From positions 1-61,410 of the forward strand of contig DMEZ01000013.1 of NCBI GenBank assembly GCA_003450735.1: a DNA stretch of 61,410 nucleotides. Reading direction: 5' to 3'. The position numbers were made by a program, and so were the translations under genes. The DNA is from Elusimicrobiota bacterium (lineage in GTDB: Bacteria; Elusimicrobiota; Elusimicrobia; UBA1565). This document shows, one piece after another, positions 54,529 through 61,410 of this stretch (position 1 is the stretch's first letter; each line of letters begins with the position of its first letter). The notes beneath the pieces were generated by a model. The model was given only the letters and a program-made list of their open reading frames with translations, searched no databases and was not told the DNA's origin.

Positions 54529-55479
54529 TCAGGGAAGAGTCTCCAGGCGGCCGCCGGGGCCCAGACGCAGTCCGTTGAGGAAATCCGCCGAGAAAACCGG
54601 CTTTTTCCCCTCAGGCTGGACTTGCGAGATCCACAACCGGCCGGAGCGCAATCGTATCAAAATCCCTCGAGAGCGTTCAACGCGGACCAGGTCGCCCGCC
54701 TCTCCCGGACCCTCCGCTCCCGCCTCCAGGGCCGTTTTGAGGACGGCCACGCGCAGGGGCTGCTCCCGGCCGGGGACCTTGAGCAGCAGGTAGGGCTTCG
54801 GCCCGCCCTGCAGGGCGCGCACCCTGTTGTGGAACTCCTCGGCGCTCTGCTTGAAATCGAGCCGGGCGATAGCGGCGTGGAGCTTGGGGGCCCGCGTCGG
54901 CTCGCCCGCCTGGGGTTCCCGGCGGACGCGGCCCTCGGCGACCTCGCCCAGAGCGGAGCCCAGTTCGCGCACGCCGAGGTCGACGAGGCGACTCATAAGG
55001 GTCGGCTCATCGTCGTCCTCCCGCACGTCCTCGGGAGCCTGGCGCTGGAGGGGCCCGGTGTCGAGGCCCTCCTCGATCCAGAACAACGACACCCCCGAGC
55101 GGCGCTCCCCGCTCAGGAGCGTCCAAGCGACCGGCGCGGCCCCGCGCCAGCGCGGGAGCAGGGAGAAATGCACGTTCAGGAAGCCGTGCCGGGTCGAGGC
55201 CAGCACCTCGGGCTTGAGGATGCGTCCATACGCAACGACGACGGCCATGTCCGCGCCCAAGGCTTGGAGTTCGGGCGCAGGCTCCGCGGGATCGGCCGGC
55301 TGGAGCACCCGGAGCCCCAGGCGCTGGGCCGCCAGCTTGACCGGCGGCGGTGAGAGCTTGAGGCCCCGGCCGGAAGGTTTGTCCGGCTGGGTGAGGACGG
55401 CGGCGACCTCATGCTCGCGGGCGCACGCCTCCAGGAACGGGACGGCCTCCCCGGGGGAGCCAAGGAAGAGGAGCCTCAT
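54529..55479 (-). CDS. fmt: Methionyl-tRNA formyltransferase
   Basis: MRLLFLGSP, NVHFSLLPRWRGAAP motifs. Confidence 0.9.
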   Translation of the reverse strand: MRLLFLGSPGEAVPFLEACAREHEVAAVLTQPDKPSGRGLKLSPPPVKLAAQRLGLRVLQPADPAEPAPELQALGADMAVVVAYGRILKPEVLASTRHGFLNVHFSLLPRWRGAAPVAWTLLSGERRSGVSLFWIEEGLDTGPLQRQAPEDVREDDDEPTLMSRLVDLGVRELGSALGEVAEGRVRREPQAGEPTRAPKLHAAIARLDFKQSAEEFHNRVRALQGGPKPYLLLKVPGREQPLRVAVLKTALEAGAEGPGEAGDLVRVERSRGILIRLRSGRLWISQVQPEGKKPVFSADFLNGLRLGPGGRLETLP

Positions 55480-55985
55480 AGCCAGGTCTTCTTGAGCTCT
55501 TTGAGAGCGGCGGCGACCTCGAGACGCTGGTCGAGGGTGAACTGATCGATGAAGAGCTTGCCGTCGAGGTGGTCGACCTCGTGCTGGAAGGCCCGGGCGA
55601 GCAAGCCCGTCCCCGTGCGCTCCCAGGGCTGGCCGTTCTCATCGAGCGCGCGGATGCGCACGCGGCTGTAGCGGCGGGTCTTGCGGTAGAGGCCCGGGAT
55701 GGAAAGGCAGCCTTCTTCCTCGATCACGAGGCCTTCGCGGCTGAGGATCTCGGGGTTCAGGAGGACGAGGCGCTCGGGCTTGCCTTCAGGCTTGACGTCG
55801 ATGATGGAGAGACGGAGGACCAGGCCGACCTGCTGGGCGGAGAGCCCCACCCCCCTGGCGGCGTACATCGTAGCCCACATGTCCCCGAGCAGACGGGGGA
55901 GCTCGTTCTTGACCGCGTCGAAATCGACGGGAGGAGCTGGCTTCTTGAGGACCGGCTCGCCGTGCTTGGTGATGCGCAGGATCAC
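55476..55985 (-). CDS. def: Peptide deformylase
   Basis: GVGLSAQQVG, EGCLS, HEVDHL motifs. Confidence 0.9.
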   Translation of the reverse strand: MILRITKHGEPVLKKPAPPVDFDAVKNELPRLLGDMWATMYAARGVGLSAQQVGLVLRLSIIDVKPEGKPERLVLLNPEILSREGLVIEEEGCLSIPGLYRKTRRYSRVRIRALDENGQPWERTGTGLLARAFQHEVDHLDGKLFIDQFTLDQRLEVAAALKELKKTWL

Positions 55986-55998
55986 CGAAGGGCGCCTG

Positions 55999-56574
55999 CT
56001 AGGCCGACTCTCGGCCTTCGATGTAAGCGATGACCTCGCCGGGCGTCTTCTTCTTCAGGAGGTCGTCGATGAAGGCCGGCTGGAAGAGAGCCGAGACCCC
56101 GCGCAGGAGGTAGAGGTGCTGCTGGAACATCTCCTGGCGCATGGGCGTGAAGAAGACGCACATCGCCCGGATGACGATATCGGGTTGCTTGGGGTCCGCC
56201 AGGCCCTGGGGGATGAGCCCGAAGACGGCCGAGATGGAGTCCAGGCCCTCGATGCGGGCGTGGGGGATGGAAAGGCCGGTGTCCAGGGTGGTGCTCATGC
56301 CCTGCTCGCGTTCGAGGATCTTGGAGAGCAGCCGCTTGGACTCGCCGAGCTTCTTGATCTTGCACAGCCGCTCGATGAGCAGTTCGATGAGCTGGTCCTT
56401 GCTCTTTCCCGCCGGCAGCCAAAGCACGAGTTCGTCCGACAGGAGGTTCCCAAGACGGATGCCGTTCGAGGAACCTGTCGGATTAGGAGAGGAGGGCTTG
56501 CTTGAGCCGGACGGCGCGGCGGCCTTACCGTCCTTTTTGCGGAACCAGCCGAGAGTCATTAACCCTCCTATCAT
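55999..56574 (-). CDS. PTS EIIA-2 (fructose/Ntr-type, PtsN-like) domain protein with an N-terminal low-complexity extension
   Basis: Phosphorylation-site-like SIPHARIEGL. EIIA-2 fold length after a ~40-aa Ser/Pro-rich N-terminus. Confidence 0.6.
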   Translation of the reverse strand: MIGGLMTLGWFRKKDGKAAAPSGSSKPSSPNPTGSSNGIRLGNLLSDELVLWLPAGKSKDQLIELLIERLCKIKKLGESKRLLSKILEREQGMSTTLDTGLSIPHARIEGLDSISAVFGLIPQGLADPKQPDIVIRAMCVFFTPMRQEMFQQHLYLLRGVSALFQPAFIDDLLKKKTPGEVIAYIEGRESA

Positions 56575-56615
56575 AACAATCCTGGAGTCTTTCTGTCAAT
56601 ATTCCGCTTTGATTT

Positions 56616-58172
56616 ATGCTGAAATTTCCGATAAAATGCGGGTTCATGGCCTCTCTTTCCGGCCAGACCGTGCTCCTCACCCGCCCCAAGCGCCAGTCCA
56701 GCGGGTTGGCTCGTTTGCTCGCGCGCCTGGGTGCCCGGAGCGTCCCGGTCCCGCTCATCCGCACGCGCGCCCCGCGCAGTTGGAAGCCGCTCGACGCGGC
56801 CCTGCGCGCCCTCGAAAGCTTCGATGCGGTGGCCTTCACGAGCGCCAACGGCGTGGAGGGCTTCTTCCAGAGGGCTCGCCGGGTCTTCAAGAGAACTCCT
56901 CGCGCCCCCCGGAGGATCTACGCCATCGGCCCGGCCACCGCCCAAGCCCTGGCCGGGCACGGCTGGCGGGCTCTCAGCGTCCCGGAGGACCACGAAGGAG
57001 GGGCCTTGGCCCGCCGCATGGGGAAGGTGAAGGGGATGAAGATCCTCATCCCCCGGGCCCAGACCGCTCGGGAGGAACTGCCGGCCCTCCTCCGGAAGGC
57101 GGGAGCCGACGTCCGCATCGCGCCCGCCTACCGGACGGAGCCTGATCCGGCAGGCCGCCGGGCCCTGCGCCGCTCATCAAGCGCCGACTGGGTGACCTTC
57201 ACTTCGGTCTCGACCGTCAGGGCGTTCTTCGACGCCCTGGGGGAGACGGAGGCCCGACGCTTCCTCTCCCGGGCCCGAGCCGCCGCCATCGGTCCAGTCA
57301 CGGCGGCCGAACTCAGGAGCCGCGGCGTCGAACCGGCGGCCCAGGCCCGGCCCTCCACCTCGGAGGGTCTCGCCCAGGCTCTCGCCGACGCCGCCGACCT
57401 CAGGGGCACGCTCGTCGCCGCCCTAAGGGAAGCCGGCGCCGTCCTGCGGGAGCGCTACGGGAAGGTGCATGTCCGCTACAAAGGGCGCGCGAACCTGGTC
57501 ACCGAGGCCGACCACGCCAGCGAGCAGCGCATCCTCGACGTCATCCTCTCCCGCTATCCGAGCCACGATTTTCTGACGGAAGAGCGCGAGCCCCGCTCGA
57601 CCGGCTCGGATTTCGTCTGGGTGGTGGACCCGCTCGACGGCACCACGAACTACGCGCACGGCTTCCCGGTCTTCTGCGTCTCCATCGGGCTCCTGCACCG
57701 AGGACGCCCGCTCCTGTCGGGAGTCTACGACCCCTGCCGGAACGAGATGTTCCTGGCCGAGCGGGGACGCGGGGCGATGCTCAACGGCAAGCCCCTGCGT
57801 GTCTCGAGAGCGGGGAACGTGTCCGAATCCCTCCTGCTGACCGGCTTCGCCTACGACCGGGCCGCGCGGGCCGACTACCTCATCCGCTTTTATAAGGAAT
57901 TCATGCGCCGCTGCCACGATGTGCGCCGTTCGGGCTCCGCCGCGCTGGACCTGGCGTGGACGGCCGCCGGCAGGGTGGACGGCTACTGGGAGTTCTCGCT
58001 CAAGCCCTGGGACGTCGCGGCCGGCTGGCTGCTGGTCAGCGAGGCGGGGGGGGAGGTCACCGACTTCTCCGGCAAGGCCTGGGACGGCCTGAAACTCCTT
58101 GGACGCGAGACCCTCGCCAGCAACGGCCGAATCCACGCGCAGATGCTCCGCCTCATCCGCCGCCACCTCTAA
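56616..58172 (+). CDS. Fusion protein: uroporphyrinogen-III synthase (HemD) domain + inositol monophosphatase-family (SuhB/IMPase) domain
   Basis: N-terminal ~250 aa HemD-like (VLLTRP...). C-terminal IMPase motifs TEADHASEQ, WVVDPLDGTTNY, WDVAAG. Alternative start at 56646. Confidence 0.65.
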   Translation: MLKFPIKCGFMASLSGQTVLLTRPKRQSSGLARLLARLGARSVPVPLIRTRAPRSWKPLDAALRALESFDAVAFTSANGVEGFFQRARRVFKRTPRAPRRIYAIGPATAQALAGHGWRALSVPEDHEGGALARRMGKVKGMKILIPRAQTAREELPALLRKAGADVRIAPAYRTEPDPAGRRALRRSSSADWVTFTSVSTVRAFFDALGETEARRFLSRARAAAIGPVTAAELRSRGVEPAAQARPSTSEGLAQALADAADLRGTLVAALREAGAVLRERYGKVHVRYKGRANLVTEADHASEQRILDVILSRYPSHDFLTEEREPRSTGSDFVWVVDPLDGTTNYAHGFPVFCVSIGLLHRGRPLLSGVYDPCRNEMFLAERGRGAMLNGKPLRVSRAGNVSESLLLTGFAYDRAARADYLIRFYKEFMRRCHDVRRSGSAALDLAWTAAGRVDGYWEFSLKPWDVAAGWLLVSEAGGEVTDFSGKAWDGLKLLGRETLASNGRIHAQMLRLIRRHL

Positions 58173-58297
58173 ACGCTGGTGCCTGAAACGCTGGTGCCTG
58201 TCATTACACTCCGCACACCATACACCTGGCGCCACAGGCCCGCATCAAGACCAAAGTGTAATGACCCGCAGGTGTAATGACAGGCACCTACTCCTAA
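58171..58297. repeat. Composite palindromic intergenic element: 15-bp tandem duplication, then a 17-bp perfect inverted repeat (GGTGCCTGTCATTACAC / GTGTAATGACAGGCACC) separated by 62 nt
   Basis: Tandem AAACGCTGGTGCCTG x2 at 58171-58200. IR arms at 58193-58209 and 58272-58288. GTGTAATGAC duplicated at 58257-58266. Confidence 0.85.
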
Positions 58298-59263
58298 CTA
58301 GAAGCGGGCGCCGATGGCGATGCGATGGGTGGTGCCGAGGTCGCCGAAGGGCACCCACGCGTAGTCCAGCCGCACGCGGCGCAGATCCACCCCGAGCCCC
58401 GCCGACGCCCCGGAGAAGCCTTCCAGGTCGCGCGCATAGCGCATGTTGTAGCCGCCGCGCACGCTGGCTCCGAAGCCCTCTCCGAAAGGCTGGTTGTACT
58501 CCGCGCCGAGGCAGAAGTACGGGTCCGAATCCACCGGCAGGTTCGCGTCCAGCAGGCCGTTGAAGCGAGGGCTGATGTGCCAGAGCGCACCGACCGCGGC
58601 CTTGAAGGGGAGCGGGTCGGACATCGAGCCGACCTTGATGGGGGGGCCGAAGTTCAGGATCGCGAGCCCGAGGTCGAGCGGGCTCTCGCCCAGGTCGGTG
58701 ATGCGCTCGACCTGGAGTCCGAAGTCCAGGGCGAAGGTGGAGCCCGAGGCGTCGTCGATCTCCGAACGGATGTACTTCAGGCTCGAGCCCAGCCGCACGC
58801 GCTTCAACTGCCGGGCGTAGCCGAACGCCAAGGCCAGATCGTTCGGCGCGAACTCCGAGGTCGGGTCGCCCACGGTGCTGTAGCCTTGGATGGCGGACTG
58901 GGAGAAGTAGACGAAGGACGCCCCGAGGACGCCCTTCTGCTCCGGAAGGGGGTGGGCGTAGGCGAGCGCGCCGGAATACATGGTCTCAAGGAGGTTGCTG
59001 TAGCCCATGGCTGCGTCGGGCCGGCCGGCAGCCTCCAGGCGGGAGAGCCCCGCGGGGTTCCAGAACATCGCCTCGGAGTTGTCCACGGCGGCGGCGCTGG
59101 CGCCTCCGAGAGAAGGGATGCGGCCGCCCGCCGGCAGCTTGAGAAAGGCCGCGCCGGTCGTGCCGGTAGCCTTGTCGGTGAAGGGGTCTTCCGGGAAGAC
59201 GCCCGCATGCGCCTGGACGGCCAACAGCGACGCGAAGAGGAGTACGGAGCTCAGACGGGCCAA
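58298..59263 (-). CDS. Outer-membrane beta-barrel protein (PorV/UPF0164-like, tentative)
   Basis: Signal peptide MARLSSVLLFASLLAVQAHA. Amphipathic beta-strand pattern. C-terminal ...IAIGARF aromatic terminus. Confidence 0.4.
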   Translation of the reverse strand: MARLSSVLLFASLLAVQAHAGVFPEDPFTDKATGTTGAAFLKLPAGGRIPSLGGASAAAVDNSEAMFWNPAGLSRLEAAGRPDAAMGYSNLLETMYSGALAYAHPLPEQKGVLGASFVYFSQSAIQGYSTVGDPTSEFAPNDLALAFGYARQLKRVRLGSSLKYIRSEIDDASGSTFALDFGLQVERITDLGESPLDLGLAILNFGPPIKVGSMSDPLPFKAAVGALWHISPRFNGLLDANLPVDSDPYFCLGAEYNQPFGEGFGASVRGGYNMRYARDLEGFSGASAGLGVDLRRVRLDYAWVPFGDLGTTHRIAIGARF

Positions 59264-60267
59264 ACCGGACCCCGGCCCTTCGGCTTTGGGATCGACTCAT
59301 CCGGCAGCGCCTCGTCCGCCGCGGGGGCGGCTGCCGGGGCGGGGGCAGGAGCGGGCGCCTGGACGTCCAGCTGGATGACAGGCTGAGCTTCAACGACGGG
59401 CGGCGGCACAGCGGGAGCCGGCTCGGCGGCGGGCGGAGGCGCAGCCGGCACGGCCGCCATCGCCTGGGCCAGCGCCTGCTCGGGAGTGGGGGCGGGGACG
59501 ATCTTGCCTGGGATCGGGATGCGGACAGGTTCGCGCTTCGTCGCGGGGAGCGGGGCGGCCGCGGGAGCCTGCTGCGGCGAGACGGCCTGCGGCTTCGGCG
59601 CCGCGGCGGGCGCGGGCGCGGCGGAGGGCTGGAGGACGACCGGCTTCGGAGCCGGAGCTGGGGCGGCCGTCCGAGGCTGCGCGGCCGGCTTCGAAGCCGG
59701 AGCCGGCGTGCCATGCGCTTCGACCTGTTCGTGGAGATCCCCCTGCAGTTCGGCGAGCCTCTTGAGCAGGGCGTCGAACTGGTTGTCGTGGCGGGAGACC
59801 ATCCCGTTGAGGTCGCCTCGGAGCTGGTGGATCTCCTTCTCGAAATGCTCCATCTGCATCTTCAGGTTCTGCAGGTAGACGACCGCCGGGCTCAGGCCCA
59901 GGGTGGTGACCTTGACGTCCGGCTTCTCCAGCGGCGAAGCCGAAGGGAGCGCGGCTTTGGATTCTGCGGCCGGGACCGGCGCCGGGGCGGGAGCGGGCGC
60001 AGGGGGGAGGGCGGCGGCGGGCTTGGGCGCCTCCGCCGGCTTCTCCTGGGGAACTTCGGCGACGAGCTTCGCGTCTTCTTTTTTCGGCGCTACGACCTTG
60101 ATCGGCTCGACGGTCTCCTCCGCTTCCGGCTCGATGGGAGGCTCGCCGGAATCCGTTTCGGCGACCACCTCGCGGTAGCGCTTGAGGAGAAAAGCGAAAA
60201 GACCGCCCCCGACGCCGAGGCCGGCCAGATACGCCCAAACCCAGTGGTCGAGAAAGATGGCTCCCAT
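59251..60267 (-). CDS. Membrane-anchored Pro/Ala-rich protein with a central coiled-coil segment (hypothetical)
   Basis: N-terminal TM WVWAYLAGLGVGGGLFAFLL. Long PAPAPAP low-complexity tracts. Central heptad-like region LQNLKMQMEHFEKEIHQLRGDL. Confidence 0.35.
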   Translation of the reverse strand: MGAIFLDHWVWAYLAGLGVGGGLFAFLLKRYREVVAETDSGEPPIEPEAEETVEPIKVVAPKKEDAKLVAEVPQEKPAEAPKPAAALPPAPAPAPAPVPAAESKAALPSASPLEKPDVKVTTLGLSPAVVYLQNLKMQMEHFEKEIHQLRGDLNGMVSRHDNQFDALLKRLAELQGDLHEQVEAHGTPAPASKPAAQPRTAAPAPAPKPVVLQPSAAPAPAAAPKPQAVSPQQAPAAAPLPATKREPVRIPIPGKIVPAPTPEQALAQAMAAVPAAPPPAAEPAPAVPPPVVEAQPVIQLDVQAPAPAPAPAAAPAADEALPDESIPKPKGRGPVWPV

Positions 60268-60326
60268 GGTCAGATTTGCAAGTTTAGAGGAATTTCATCC
60301 GTCTGTCAATAGGAGGTATGTGTTAT

Positions 60327-60431
60327 ATGCTGGAAAACTATGGATATGATGGATCAGCTGTTACGAATCATCAACAACAGGGTGTGGACGTTGTTAAACA
60401 ATTAATAAAATATTCAAGCCTGACACCATAA
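60327..60431 (+). CDS. Candidate small ORF (34 aa) in an AT-rich island
   Basis: AGGAGG at 60311-60316, 10 nt upstream of the ATG. Peptide MLENYGYDGSAVTNHQQQGVDVVKQLIKYSSLTP. Speculative. Confidence 0.2.
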   Translation: MLENYGYDGSAVTNHQQQGVDVVKQLIKYSSLTP

Positions 60432-60622
60432 ATTACAAACAATGATGAATACTGCTTGTTTTATATGCATTATAAGTGACTCTCTCGTGCATAACAAGTC
60501 TGGCACTCATTAACTTGACTGCCTGAGCTCCGGTTTGCTATCATTGCCGGACATGCTCGTACATTCGCCGAGTCCCTCCGCCGCGTGCATGCAATCCCAA
60601 CTGTGACGGGAGCCCCCATATC

Positions 60623-61410
60623 ATGAGAGAGAACATCTATTCCACCGAACCTATCGCCATCATCGGCCTCGGCGGCATCTTCCCGAAAGCCGCCGACATC
60701 CCGACCTTCTGGAAGAACATCCTCGGCAAAGTCGACTCGATCATCGAAGTGCCGGCCGACCGATGGGACTGGCATCTCTATTACAGCGCCGACCATTCCG
60801 CTCCCGACAAGACCTATTCCAAGATCGGCGGCTTCATCCAGGGTTTCAAGTTCGACCCGCTCCCCCTGCGCATCCCGCCGGGCGTCGCCAAGCAGATGGA
60901 CACCGTCCAGCAGTACGCCGTGGTCGCGACCGCCGAGGCCCTGAAGGACTCCGGCTACGACAAGAAGCCCTTCGACTCCGCGCGCACGGCCGTCATCTTC
61001 GGCAACGCGATGGGCGGCATCAAGAAGGAAGCCACCGATCAGCGCGTCTACACCGCCGAGATCCGCAAGCGCATCACCGAGTCCAAGGGCCTCTCGAAGC
61101 TCGATGACAAGACCCGCGAAGCGGTCGCCGACGAGATCGAGGCCTCCATCAAGGCCGGCCTGAGCCCCATCACCGAGGACACGATGCCCGGCGAGCTCTC
61201 CAACGTCATCGCCGGCCGCGTGGCCAACGTCTTCAACCTCAACGGCCCGAACTTCACGGTGGACGCCGCCTGCGCGGCCTCGCTCGCCGCCATCTCCCAG
61301 GCCATCAACGGCCTGCGCCTGCGCGAGTTCGACATGGCGGTCACGGGCGGCATCGACCAGATGATGGCCCCCCCGGCCTTCGTGAAGTTCTGCAAGATCG
61401 GCGCCCTCTC
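60623..61410 (+). CDS. Type I polyketide/PUFA-synthase-like beta-ketoacyl synthase (PfaA-like KS), 3'-partial
   Basis: IAIIGLGGIFPKA KS N-terminal motif. Active-site TVDAACAASLAAI. Open to the window end. Confidence 0.8.
   Translation, partial: MRENIYSTEPIAIIGLGGIFPKAADIPTFWKNILGKVDSIIEVPADRWDWHLYYSADHSAPDKTYSKIGGFIQGFKFDPLPLRIPPGVAKQMDTVQQYAVVATAEALKDSGYDKKPFDSARTAVIFGNAMGGIKKEATDQRVYTAEIRKRITESKGLSKLDDKTREAVADEIEASIKAGLSPITEDTMPGELSNVIAGRVANVFNLNGPNFTVDAACAASLAAISQAINGLRLREFDMAVTGGIDQMMAPPAFVKFCKIGAL

Noticed and set aside
1-61410. CRISPR arrays, rRNA/tRNA genes, IS/transposase genes
   Set aside because: No spacer-repeat arrays, no tRNA-like or rRNA-like stretches, and no transposase/integrase ORFs recognised anywhere in the window.

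Overview
This 61.4 kb window is high-GC DNA (roughly 68-70% GC by eye), densely coding, with frequent GTG/TTG starts and many 4-nt start/stop overlaps (ATGA/GTGA/TTGA). Domain content (SBBP beta-propeller repeats, a TIGR03435-like 'DKTG...FDFEIVWD' C-terminal domain) suggests an Acidobacteriota-like bacterium; this is inference only. I support 58 features. The standout is a minus-strand supercluster (about 13.9-28.7 kb): zinc-ribbon/GAF histidine kinase, two single-domain receivers, a GH10 glycanase, a class III nucleotidyl cyclase translationally coupled to cellulose synthase BcsA (PilZ intact), a DHH/DHHA1 phosphoesterase, BcsB, the pEtN-transferase BcsG, a tandem-duplicated aromatic-rich secreted protein and a GAF-HD-GYP c-di-GMP phosphodiesterase. 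No BcsC and no GH8 BcsZ are present. Other notable content: a periplasmic lipoprotein operon (TlpA-thioredoxin fused to a TIGR03435-like domain, a lipoprotein, an Amidase_3-like enzyme, an M14/MpaA-like carboxypeptidase); several unusual fusions (LamG-like+GDPD; GATase1+GH15; HemD+IMPase); a flotillin-GGDEF pair; and a frameshifted glycoamylase-like remnant. There are two low-GC islands: 46.7-47.9 kb (chimeric gene, 28-bp perfect palindrome, tandem repeat, poly-G tracts) and 60.27-60.62 kb (small SD-preceded ORF upstream of a PfaA-like PKS ketosynthase). A composite palindromic element fills the convergent intergenic gap at 58.17-58.30 kb. A conserved housekeeping block (rpsP-KH-trmD-rplS-rnhB-yraN, def-fmt, rpe, asnS, upp-deoA-punA, split transketolase, prfC) occupies much of the right half. 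No CRISPR array, rRNA or tRNA was found.
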